A stretch of 63,495 nucleotides of DNA, the filler included, from Sphacelaria rigidula (Eukaryota), in the NCBI GenBank assembly GCA_964200075.2. It is 6 parts of 6 records of this genome, joined end to end, with 100 filler letters (N's around TTAATTAATTAA, not from the genome) between each part and the next. Parts side by side here need not be neighbours in the genome. Positions count along the whole stretch, not along the records: positions 31,802 to 42,299 come from CAXNAA020006386.1; positions 42,400 to 52,897 come from CAXNAA020006387.1; 4 more parts are not named here. One strand, 5' to 3'. The notes under the pieces were generated by a model. It made no database searches and was not told the origin of the DNA. It worked only from the letters and a program-made list of their open reading frames with translations. Shown piece by piece: positions 39,717 to 51,400 of this stretch (its first letter is position 1; every line of letters starts with the position of its first letter). The position numbers were made by a program, and so were the translations under genes.

Positions 39717-41600
39717 TAACTGCGCGTTGCTCTTAACCTGCAACAAGGCTTCCTCTTTCGCCGTGACGATGGTCGGGGAACTTCCAAAACTTGTTGGAGC
39801 ACCACAACTGCGTCCAGTCGGGTGGACGGGGTCAGCATCGGGGCATGCTCGGGCGAAGCTCGTGGAGTTTCCATCGGCAAGCTTGGCTGAGGAGGCATAG
39901 CCGATTGTAAATTAGGACGGTGTTTCTTGGCAACAGTCAGGGATAGTTTCGCGTGGTGGAATGAACCCGAAGAATAACTTCGTTGGAGCTGGGTGAGTGT
40001 CACTTGGCCCGAAATGGTCAAATTGAGACCATCGACACCGAAACCAGTACGAGATGCACTACTGCCTGTGCGTGCGGTCACTGAGAGAAGCCTTTGTCTC
40101 GGGGACGGGCGGTTGGTGTTCCCACACCTCAAATTTACACTCAGTTCTGAAGGAGCAAGTCCAGAGATAAGCGTAGAGCTAAGTCGTGAGTTCATGCAAC
40201 TGTTACGCTGTGTGCGAAGAGGTGAAGACGGGGGTCGGTTCGAGCGACCGTCATTATTAGTGCTCCTGCAAAACGCCGGGAAGACTGAGCGAGAACAGTT
40301 TGTCGCTCGTTCCGCGGGCGGTCTTGAAAAAGTCTTCGAACGGTCTGTCAGCGGCGCCGAAGAGTTTAGAACGTCGGCGGTGGCACATCATGGATCTATG
40401 CGATCTGAAGTGAAGATACCAGGGTTTCTGGTGTTGGGGTTCGAGCTATCTGTCGGTCTCGTCCGCTGGTGTCTATCAGCGGAACCATGATTGGCGCGAG
40501 AGGTATTATCTCTTTGGCGAGTGCCAGAACTATGGTTGTTGTTCAGTCGGCGATCGTGATCAGCGCAACAGTTGCTTCGGGTGTTCGAATGACTACGATT
40601 ATTTCGAATTGGGGCACGATAGTCGCGCATTCGTTTTTGCCATCGGCGCCACGCGGGTCCATTGTCCTGTAGTTGAGGGTTCATGAGATCGAAGGCGTTG
40701 ATGCATGAGTTGTCACAGTCACGCATGCTGTGGCCTTGTACACTGCAATTGATACAGCTGTTGGCGTGGCGGTTGAAAGCGTCGCGTCTAGCCAACGAAG
40801 ATAGAAGTGGGTTCCACAAATAGGGATTATCCGTGATAAAAGCTGTCGTAGAAGTCAAATAAACATTGTCCCATGTCTCTTCAGAGTACGGCCATCCGTC
40901 AAAACTCGCGCAGAATGGGTCTTTGTTACTCCTAATACTCATTACTGAACCGGCGACAGAGGCGGGGCTCCATGTAGCACGAGATAAACTCGAATTCCAT
41001 CCGCAAGACCCGTAGATGTTCGCGGAGGAGACAGCGGCAGGCTGTGATCGCGAAGACAATGTTTTGTCACCCCAAATGGCAGGAGTGAGGTTGTTTTCTT
41101 GATGGACAAAAAACAGCCTGCTGGATCCGTTTTTGAAGTTCAACATCTGGGTGAGGTTGAAGTCGCCATCGAAATTCCATTTGTTTCGTCGAACAGGCTC
41201 GGGATTCACAAGCGGTTTCGACCGTGTAACCCTAACCAAGAAGTTTCTGTACGGCAGCCCAAGCATGATGAGCACTTCAACATGAAAATTGCCGTCATTG
41301 TGCGGCATTTTTGAAAGAGGACGTGCCTCTAAGCGCTACAAGATACGTAACAAGGCGATGTCCCCGTCGCGCAACTGCCGCCGACGCAAGTACAGTGCTG
41401 TCCGTTTGCGTACATGATATTTTCGAAGTGAACAGCAGGCAAAATGTAGCAGCGAGGTAGTCGCCTGCTGTGCGGACAAGAGCGTGAGCTACCGCACCTC
41501 CGTAACGTCTATTAAGCTCCAGGCAGCCCCGGGAGGAAATAGAGATAGATACAGTCAGTTGGGTGACACGAGCAAACAAAACTGGACACACACACAACGA
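39716..41600 (-). mobile_element. Retrotransposon gag remnant with CCHC zinc knuckle
   Basis: ORF 40388-41308 contains CINCSVQGHSMRDC (C-x2-C-x4-H-x4-C, 40715-40756) followed by Arg/Asn/Ser/Pro-rich linker; flanking frames broken. Confidence 0.7.
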
Positions 41601-42299
41601 AAGATAGTGAGAGCTCCCACGCTTGGGGTTGTTTCGCCAGTAGCGCCCATGAGAGGTGCTTCACCCAGTCTGAACCAGCTATCACGCCTTGTATGGCCAC
41701 TTTCTTCCTGGCAGAGTTAGGAAATGGTGTCGGGGTGGGCTGCGTCGCTGCATCGGGATGGTTGCGACCCGTTTTGTTTTTGACAACCCGCAGCACATTG
41801 GCAGATGAGGTAGCAACAAATCCAGCACATACGCCACCCCCCACCCGCCGTCATTTTCTTACCTTTGCACAACAACTATGTATCTATATATGCAGAAGAT
41901 GTGCTTTATCACCTACGTGCAGTAATGCTCAGCATTTCGTACGAGGACGTGTGCGGGAGAGAACGGCTCCATCTATCCCGCCACCGGGTAGGCGAGCCTA
42001 TCGCCTGCGAAACCCCCCTGAACAGCAGTACTGCACAGTGTATGCTCGGGGTCAATTGTACGGTTTTTCGCAATAATCTCTCCTCCCAGGTCCCAAAGGG
42101 GGTCTGAACTGCCTAACGAAAGTGTTGGCACACTCCTTTCGGATATGATACGTGACAACTGTGGAGTCATCCTACGATAGGGGGGGGGGTGTTTGGTTGC
42201 ACGAAAAAAGAGGCTCATAAGTGTGCCAGACATCCTTCCACACTTGCGTTGCTCTTGTATTTGGTTCCAAATGGTGTCAGGCAGTATGGATGAGCGTTA

Positions 42300-42399
42300 N
42301 NNNNNNNNNNNNNNNNNNNNNNNNNNNNNNNNNNNNNNNNNNNTTAATTAATTAANNNNNNNNNNNNNNNNNNNNNNNNNNNNNNNNNNNNNNNNNNNN
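42300..42399. other. Artificial contig linker
   Basis: N44-TTAATTAATTAA-N44. Confidence 0.97.
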
Positions 42400-42616
42400 G
42401 GTTGGGTTGATCGCTTGAGACCATGGACTCATCCCGACGAAGGGGAGGGGTTCAAAGTGTGAGGAAAAAAAAAAAGTGCACGACGCACGCCTGGATCATG
42501 TTCGCGTTCGGCGTTTTCGCAGCAGCTTCCACACAAAGTCGCAATTTACCATCCCTGTTACGATTACTGTTTTTCCAAAACACACAAAACTCGAGAGTAT
42601 ACTTGCGTACACTTGC

Positions 42617-42718
42617 CTGCCTTTGCCATGCTTCGAAACGGCAGACATTTCGAAGTTCTTTCCCCCGCAGTACCACGTCTTCCCCCGTAACCGCCATGAA
42701 GAGTCCTGATGACACCTC
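42617..42718 (-). CDS. SNAP-25-like gene, probable exon 4 (fascin-like beta-trefoil strand set)
   Basis: TTGCAG|GAG in phase 0; encodes EVSSGLFMAVTGEDVVLRGKELRNVCRFEAWQRQ; probable GC donor CAG|GCAAGT. Gene runs off the contig. Confidence 0.6.
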
Positions 42719-43163
42719 CTGCAATACGGAGTGTAGATGGGTGAGAAACAGGCGATGGCTAGCAGTGATGAGCTTGCCTCAATTCACCCGGGAATGCAGA
42801 GGGCTTGGAGAGTATCGATGACGAGACCTTCGCAGCGGTCAAATACACAACGCCAATCATTGGGAATTGGAGTCGTCCATGTGGTTCATACGGGTGCGTA
42901 TGCACGCGGCATACACACGATCGCAGGCACACACGCCATCAGCTACATGGAAAACATGGCAAGTAAAATATTACTGGATTGTGTTCTATGGGGTACGGGT
43001 TCCCGTAGGGTATACAATTTCTTACAGAACTTACAGAACTATGAGGTCGGTGTGGAGGTTGTACAGAAACCCTTACCGGCAACCGAATATTTCTACCGGG
43101 GTATACCCGTGCCCCCGGTAAATCTGAAATTTTGGGGAATACGCAATAAAGGGTATACCCTGT

Positions 43164-43613
43164 GGTTTTAGGAACGAAATGGGGGTAGTGCACTTTCCGG
43201 TTTGCCACACGGCGCTCCACGCGGGCTGAGCACCTCGAGAACACATTCCAGCGCCTCAGCCCCACACCCAAGGTCCCTGGGCAGTATGCCCAAATTGTTT
43301 TTCTTTGGACTCATGGCACTAGGCTCGAGTACGGCGCGGAAAAGAAGAGCCTGTTGTATGGCATAACTTTTTTGCTGAAAGTCGGATGTACCCTGCTGGT
43401 TTGATGACAAAAAAAAGGGTGCTCTCACATGCTCTCCCTTTCCGAACCGTAATTAAGCCTAATGCCACACGAAGAAAAAAAAATTAAGTTGGACATGCTG
43501 CCCACCTTCGGCGTGAGGCTGAGGCGCTGGAACATGTTTTCGAGGTGCTTCGCCAGCGTGCAGCGCAGCTCCGCCTACCGAAAAGTACACTATCCCGCGT
43601 TGTTCCTAACACC
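43164..43613. mobile_element. Foldback/MITE with ~110-bp imperfect TIRs
   Basis: GGTTTTAGGAAC..AGCACCTCGAGAACACATTCCAGCGCCTCAGCC..AAGG (43164-43273) pairs with CCTT..GGCTGAGGCGCTGGAACATGTTTTCGAGGTGCT..GTTCCTAACACC (43506-43613); flanks TACCCTGT and TACCCCTT match 6/8. Confidence 0.7.
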
Positions 43614-44129
43614 TACCCCTTCTTGTATAATCCCCTGAATGTTTTGTACAGGTTTCACAGAACTATCGCGTATCGGTGCGGGAGGCTTACAGAAAAATCA
43701 CATACCTGGGGGGTACGGGTAATACCCTGGAAAATACGCTGAGTAAGCAAGAATCGTACCCTACAGAACACCACCTTGAAATATTCAAACTTCCGCCAAG
43801 TTCAGAACCGTACCGGGTACGTGCTTTCAACTAGGCAAATACTGGGTACAGTATAGCTCATGTGTAAAAAGATGTGCGCGGGGGACACGTTACTACATTT
43901 CAGCGCAGTGTACCCTGAAGCATGCAGCCATAACAACAACAACAACAACAAAAACAGTACCAGCAGCAGAAGCAGCAGCAAGAGCAACAGCAACAAATGC
44001 GGTGACAACTGAAACGCTGAAATGTTCTTGTCTTCGAAATGTTAGAATCAAACGCGCCCGACGCAAGCACCGCTACATGAGGGTTCTTGTTCTCGCACGT
44101 CCTGTATGCTGCGCACTAACAAAACGCAC

Positions 44130-44795
44130 CTGCAGCGCAACACTCATGACGAAGGTGGGCTTCTTCGGCTTCGCACTCTGAGCATGCCGGGCGGCTTTCC
44201 GCGTCACAAACATCGCGCGATCGTTGGACTCCTCCGTCTTTTCCACCACTCGCTCCAGCGTATTCCCCTGCTCCTCGATGCTCGCTCCAATATTTCGCCC
44301 CAGCAACCCAAGCTCCGTCACCGCACGCCCCACCTCATCCAAGTACGCATCTTGTGCAGCCATCACAGCTTTTTGCTCCGCGACTACTCCTCCTGCCCCT
44401 GAAAATTGTCCCCCCGCCTCCGACCCCGTTCCACTGGCGATTGAGTCTCCTTCGATCGCTCTGCCACCAAACAACTGCTCTTTGAGACTTCCACTTTGAG
44501 AACTACTGCCGGTACTGCCATCGCCGACAACAGTATTACCCGCGCCACCATCTCTCGCCTCCCTTTCTTCGTTCCCCGCAACAAAGTCTGGTTCCTTCAA
44601 GCGTCGCTGTTCGAGGCTTGTCGGGGAGGTTGCTCCGCCTCCACTACCTCCGTGCTCAGATTCGAAGTGCGCAACTAGGCCGTCGGGGGTGTGGAAATTC
44701 CGTCTGCAGTCTGGGCAGATGAAGCCTTCGGCTGGCGTATCGTCCATCGATACACGGCCGGCTTCGGTGGATGAACGGTTGTACGACTCAGGGAT
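44130..44795 (-). CDS. SNAP-25-like Qbc-SNARE, exon 3 (C2H2 zinc finger, Gly/Ser linker, Qc motif)
   Basis: GAAG|ATC ... CAG|GTGCGT, 222 codons; FICPDCRRNFHTPDGLVAHFESEH and QDAYLDEVGRAVTELGLLGRNIGASIEEQGNTLERVVEKTEESNDR (zero-layer Q). Confidence 0.88.
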
Positions 44796-45207
44796 CTTCG
44801 ACCGACCGCAGGAGCAGCAATAGTAGTAGTAGCAGCAGCATGGAGACATAATTGGTGCAAAGCTATGCAAACGGGAAAATTTACCTACTACATACGTGAA
44901 TTCGATTCCTTTCACAGGTTTAGTACCACTGGAACACACGCCACCAACGGGGGGTTCCCCCGGGCGATGAATAAAATAACATTTTCGCGGCTACTAGATG
45001 AGGACCCAAAGGCTACAGAAACAAGGTGAGGCTCCTGATCATGTGCCGAAAATTTCGTGTCTCGTGTTGTCACTTTTGCGGGACATGACCAGGTCCGTCA
45101 TGAGGTAGCATGCGACTGTGTGCTCAGCGCGCTCAAAATGGGCGAAAGTCACCGCTAATGGTGACGAACAACAGAAACAACAAAAAACGAGTGGCGCTCG
45201 GTAGTAC

Positions 45208-45332
45208 CTTCGGTGCTTCCGAGAAGGCATTTGCGATCTTGCCCCAAAAATTCATGCCCCTCAGCACGCGGGCGCTCTGCTCGATCGCGTATCTCGTGGA
45301 GTCCAAAACCATCTCCGACCGCTCCAGACGTT
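45208..45332 (-). CDS. SNAP-25-like Qbc-SNARE, exon 2 (second half of Qb motif)
   Basis: CAAAG|AA CGT, phase 1 matching exon 1; encodes (E)RLERSEMVLDSTRYAIEQSARVLRGMNFWGKIANAFSEAPK; donor AAG|GTACTA. Confidence 0.85.
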
Positions 45333-47194
45333 CTTTGAGTAGGGAAATTGAATAGCGGAAAGCGCCGAAGGAATTGGGATGCCGCGCGACATAACTTGTC
45401 AGTGCTAGTCACGCATTGTCGAATGAAAAAGAGGCCACACGGAGACCGTGGAATGTCACCGCTAAGCAATAACGAGGCATTTGTCACATCTGTTAGGGCA
45501 ACACCAGTGTAAGCACATAATCATTGTCCCCACCGAAGCTGGCTGGTGCTACGCACATGTGTCACGTGCATCTAGTGTCCTTGGCAAACAGCCAGGAGAA
45601 CCCAATGACATTGTGACTCCAACCGTCAAGAGGGAGGGACAGAGGCGGGGGAGGGGTGGGTGGGGGTACCCAGGGCTCGGAAGTACATAACGCTGCTTTC
45701 AGGGTCAAGCTCAACCGTCCTTGGAATAATGATATTCGCCTACGCTTAACCCTTCGACTGAAACCCCCCTCATGTGGACTCAGATGGTGTACGCCACATT
45801 GGGGTTTAGAACAGCTGTTTTTTTCACTACACAAACCGCAGTTTTACGTGAACATTTGGATGTTGGCCATATAAAACAAAAATTAGTCTAGGAGAACGCC
45901 TGACCGGCTTTTACCCTGGAGTCAAGTAAGTGCGGATTCAGTAAGTATGTTATATGTCATTACTGGATACGACGGCAAGGAACAGTGAGCGTGCCATCGC
46001 TCGCCACTGAACACAGTCTACTGCACGCTGCTGATGCCTTCTCTACGCTGGTAACACAAGATTGGTCAGGCAGGCGGCAAGGACCAAGGGTCTAGTAAAG
46101 CACTTTGCTTGTACCAATGTTATCCATGGTTGAAAGATTATGACCAACATGAGAAATACGGCTAGGCTGCGAGGTAGTCCATCTGTAGTCCATCTGGGGA
46201 GTTGTATACCGATCATTTTGACCCATTACAGCTATCAAAATGGTTGCTCCGCTCCTCTCGTGCCTATTTCCTAGTATTTTTCGTGAGAAACTTCTCATCA
46301 CACACGGCTAGTTTTTTATTTTTTCGGCTGTTCTGCGAAGGACCCCCACCCGCTGTCAACCCCCCCCCCCCCGCTCCCTGGAAACTCCCGGATGTCCTTG
46401 GACTGTAAGCCGGTAAAAGTATCTAGAGGCGACGCTTGCGGTCTAAGTGTTGACATTGAGGGAAGACATCGGAACAAAAAACTTAGAGGCAGAGTTAGGA
46501 GCTGGTGTAACCCTCAGACGGCGAGAGTAGGTCATCTGTACAATCGGCATCAAACTCACTTGAAAAAAGTATGCATGATTCAAGTGGACTACCCACGCGA
46601 GGTGGGTAAATCGGAGTTGGACTACATTCTGTCTATGGTTGACACATTTTACAACTATCGATAGTTAGGACAAATCATCACGAAATTCACGATTCCTTCG
46701 GCCTGATTGCCCAAAAGGGAGAAAACGTTTATCGCTGGTCCAAGGGGTATCCACGCAACTTTTGCCCCATTCCACGTTTCTTGGCTGCGTGTACCTGGGT
46801 TGTAACGCTAATATAAAGCCTAGGGATTGATTCGTCACGAGTCGACTCATCATACTAACTAAAACCAAGTAATTTTCAGACGAATCATTAATTGTCCGAC
46901 CCTTGAACTATCGCTAACCCTAACTCTAACCCCAGTCCAAGGCATACCGAGACCCTTTGGCAAGGGATGTGGACAGGGTTCCCTCAGCAAAGTGTGCGTT
47001 GGTAGACCTCAAATCGGCGCCTGTGGTACCAATTTGGACGGAAACCGAAAACGCGTTCTGCGCACGCCAGGAGCACACGGGACTGTCAAGCCCCCTACAG
47101 ATCCGATTTTCATTGTTTATACTCAAATCAAGTAATATCATATTGTAACCCAACTCCGGTTGACTCTACTGACCCTCGCGGTCTAGGGGTTAAT

Positions 47195-47322
47195 ACGACA
47201 TCCCTTCTCTCCTTGGGATTCGTCACTCGTGGTCGAAGATGAAAACATACGCATCATCGTCAACTATCAACGGTTGAATCGTGTCACCGTCGTTGGAAAA
47301 CTCCCGATCCCAAGCATGGATT
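47195..47322 (+). mobile_element. Isolated Gypsy RT fragment in an intron
   Basis: Translates SPWDSSLVVEDENIRIIVNYQRLNRVTVVGKLPIPSMD, matching the RT N-terminal SPW.SP.VV..R..VNY..LN..T....P.P..D motif also seen at 35280-35405. Confidence 0.65.
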
Positions 47323-47988
47323 AACCCTTTCGAAACTCACAATGGAAAATTCATTATTTACAGTTGACGATTTTTGAGGTAGATATGGTTGATGGTTTAC
47401 AGCTCAGACGCAACAACATCCACCCAGCGCGTATTTTCCAGACCCGTGCGAGTGATAAGTGGAACAAAATAAAGTTTCCTATTTGCCGATGTGCCGTACC
47501 AGACCCTGGAACCCATTGCTGTTTTTGAATGGAACGTTTCAGTGTTCTTGCTAATCATTGTCGATTATTATTCTTGTCGATGGATACAACTGGACACACT
47601 TTATCCGTTGCGTGGTATGATTGGATAACCCTTACCCGACCTCTCCAGGGAGGACAGTTTTCTTGCACCCGCCGCGTGTGCTACCTGACTTTTCTCCGGT
47701 CTTCCATTACAAAATAGTTGCCGTCGGTCTTTTCTGCTTCTACATTTCCCTCTTTCTCAGAGCTTCTCATAATGAGGCGTTTGGCCCAGGGACAGGAGGG
47801 GGGGGTTTCAAAAGGGTCAAGTCTTCCACCCCCTGGGCGAAGGAAAAATACCAAGTATCTTCGACCTTGCTTTTGGATTTTTTCGAATGTTTTTCACCCT
47901 GACACAACAGTCCCACTTACGAATTTCAAAAATAAGACGTTTTCAGCCCTTCCCGACATCCTCAAACGCGCACATGATCGGTTTTCAC

Positions 47989-48465
47989 CTTTTTGGTCTT
48001 GAAGGTTCTCAAGTGTCGCTTTGCCTGTTTCCGCGGACTCGTGCGCGGAGCGCAGCCCTCGTCGCCGTTCGTCAGTGTCAATCCTATCTCGTACTTGTGC
48101 CCACGACAGCTGCTGCTGCTCTCGCTGTGGCTGCTGCTCATGGTGGCCGCTATATCGACCGTGACCACTTCCGCCACCTTTCCACACTACGCCTACAGAG
48201 TCGGCCTCGGCGTCGCTACATCCGCCCTGGTTGCTGTTAATTCATTGCTCCCTTCAGACAAAAATGATTGATGGGCTGGCCGTTGAGGTCTTGCCCCCGA
48301 AAGCTGATTGCTGTTGTATCCCGGTGCTCTAGTTCCCCTTGGTGGCGGTAACGAAGAGGTAGGTCGCCGCGAACTGGGGCCAAATAGCGCGTCTCGATCC
48401 TGCTGTTGCACTTCGTCCTGTTGCATTCCTTCTTCCTGGCTAGCTCCTGGTTGCAGAATCAGCAT
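47989..48465 (-). CDS. SNAP-25-like Qbc-SNARE, exon 1 (N-terminus and first half of Qb motif; apparent frameshift near 48240)
   Basis: 3' part encodes RRGLRSAHESAETGKATLENLQDQK with donor AAA G|GTGAAA at 47989. The 5' part (ATG 48465, ..QQDRDALFG..) is in a different frame, so the start is uncertain. Confidence 0.7.
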
Positions 48466-51400
48466 GGTCGCCGCCAGTGTGAGGGCGGCGAGTGTATTTG
48501 GAATTGATTAATTCCAACGTGAGTATGATCAAATCTACTTTGCAGCTCTATGAACGGTCATTGAGTACTAACAGGTGAAGGTGAGCGTGCAACAAGCAGT
48601 ACTGTCACATCGCCGGCAGTGGGGGGGTGTTACTGAACGTACAAAGCAGACAAAGTCACGCAACGACCATAGCTACCTGATACAACCGTACACATCTCGT
48701 TCTTGCGTGCACTCTCAGCTGCTGCTTCTACTTCGCCATCAATCTACGTACATGCACGATAAAAGCAAACACCCCAGATAAACGCCGACTACGACCACTA
48801 CACAGCAGACAGCACAGAACTCATCGACAGTACAACAGTACAGTACACTACCACTGTTGTTGCAGAACGTTCGGAATGTCCTCCGCTTCCCTCCGCCGGT
48901 TCGAAAACATCAACATGGAAAACGAAGACTGCATTGAGCTAGTGCGTATTTTTGATGGACTGTTCGATGGCAACACTCACCGTATTGAAAAAACTAACAC
49001 ACTGGAACAACTAGTGGGGCAGTATAGCACCAAGGTAATTATATATCAACGCGTTCCCGCTGGGAACACAACGGGCGCATTCAGTGTTGCGTCGACCATA
49101 TTTTCATCATTATTTTGTACCGGCTCAACGCCTCCGTATATGTGTGGATGATGATAATTTTCGCAGGTAATCGGGTAGGACGCTGCAACCTTGACCCCCA
49201 TTTCTTCAGGGCAACAAACAGCACGCAGTGAGTATGGCTGATAGCTCAAACCTCTGTAATGAATTAAGGTGAGTTTGAATTTATAACTGCAGCTTTGGAG
49301 CAAGATGAGGTGGCGTTGGACGAGAGAAGGCGGAGTTTGTCTCTACCACCCTTCTCGCGCGGACCGGATCTACGTGTCGCAGGAAACTTCTAATACTACT
49401 CTCGCGATACATTACTTTCTACTTTCTACGTCGCCAAGGCGACGCCCATAGCTTTGGGACCATTGGGGTTCTACTGCAAAAGTTCCGACAGGGTTCTCCC
49501 GGAATCTCCTCAACTGAACACTTTGATTGAAGCCCGAAACTTGTCGGAAAAATCCCGCTCGATTTTACAGTAGTACGAACCACGCGCAGGTAACCACGTT
49601 CTGGACATCGCTGTGCTGACATGAATTGCAGAACAAATCTTTTGCGCTGTGCTGTCTATCGGCTCAAAGAAAAGATGCACGTGATATAAAGATAACCAGC
49701 AATCCATCGCAAACGGTTTGGAGGGGATTTCATCCGTACCAGGAATCGAACAATGCGACAGAAGCTGGGAACCATACAGATACCGGGAAGTTGGACTGTT
49801 GTACCGTAGTCGACTTGATTTTGATGCACTGCCCGTAGCCAACTCCGACTGCAGCGATATTCGTGCCTTCAAACACGAAGAGAGACTGACTGGTCGATAA
49901 AATGTAAACTCTGAACGAAAATAAGAATGGCGCGACCCCTCTCTTGGAACAATATGCAACAAATGTGTACACCAGCAAGGGCCTGTCGAAATATATACAT
50001 CTGGGCACGTAGGCCCCAAGATCGAAAATTCGAGTTTTTGAGGGGAGGGGCACCCAGCCTGCTGTCCCCCCTAGTTTAATGCCAAAGCGTTGGCGAGTGC
50101 GGTCGGCTACCGTCTGCGAAGATTTTTGCAATGAACACCGATGAGATGGCGGACACGCCCCCTCCCCCAAGCTCATCACTTACCATGATTGCGTATATGG
50201 GATCATATTCCGTGTCGTGGGCCTCGAGTACGGTAGTCCGGGCAAGTTTGGCGAAGCGTAAGATAAAGTTGCTACTTTGGCTGCAGGCTGTCGCTACCGT
50301 GCGCTCGTGTGCATGCATGTGTGTGAGGGTGGCGGGCATCCGAGGTCATCGGGACAGTAGAGTGGGCAAGGGGCAGAAGCAAAGCCAAACCTCGCAAAGC
50401 CCACCAGACTCTTCGGTTTTTGTCAGCATTTCTTGACAAATTTTCTTCAATAAAATTGACGATGTTATTGGACATTTTTTCACTTTTCGAAAATTTCTCT
50501 CCGGGAGGGTTGGGGGGCGGGGCTGTGTCTAAAAGTCTTCTCCCGACAGACCCTTGACGCCAGAGATATAGTGTGCAAGGTCCTGAGAGCTTGAATTTGC
50601 CAGAAGGAATTATGTACGGCGAAACTGCCGCGTTTATTGCCTTGCTTCCAGCGGCTGTTCCGACCGCGTCATGTGTGCGCGAAGACCTTGCACAAACTTA
50701 ACGGTACAGTATCTCTATACGCACGGTGCCAACTGAGACATATCGACTTGCGCTGTGTAGCTAGCACACCTAGTTATTGATATCAATGTCTTCCAGTTCT
50801 ACTGTGTGTGATAGACCCTCGTCGCGATGAATAATCAGAGGTGAAGTCAAAAGTACGACTACCAAATATCGCCTCTGTTTCAGGTGAAGTCGAAATCACA
50901 ACTAATTTTGGCCTGAAACAGTCGCTGCCATAATAGTAGATGCTGCTTGCGTGTGCCACTTCAATGTGCAAAGGCAATGCGCTGGATTATGTTCAGCATG
51001 AGAAACGATTCGATCGATTCGATTGAATCTCGGAAAGAGTGGATCCACGGTAAGGGTGCACGAAAAAGTTCTCAGACTTCCAACTTAGGAGCTTTTCGAT
51101 GAGGAAACATTTGGGCTCAAGTGTGTGCAACATCGGACATTTTTTGGCATTAGAAGAGCACCCCCACCGCGGCGCCACTCGAAGGCAAAATTGAAAATTA
51201 CTTTCGGGCTTGTATAAGTAGCGATATCTGGTATTGGTGCTTCCGAAGAGGTATACAGGGTTCGTTGTACGTCTTGCCATATATTGATGAGTAAGTGCTT
51301 GGTGGACTTCATTGGCTTCACCGTATCTTGTTTTCGTAGGGGATGGTGAATAAGATGACTTTATCGTCGACGCAGTACAGCAGCGTTGGGATAAATTGCA

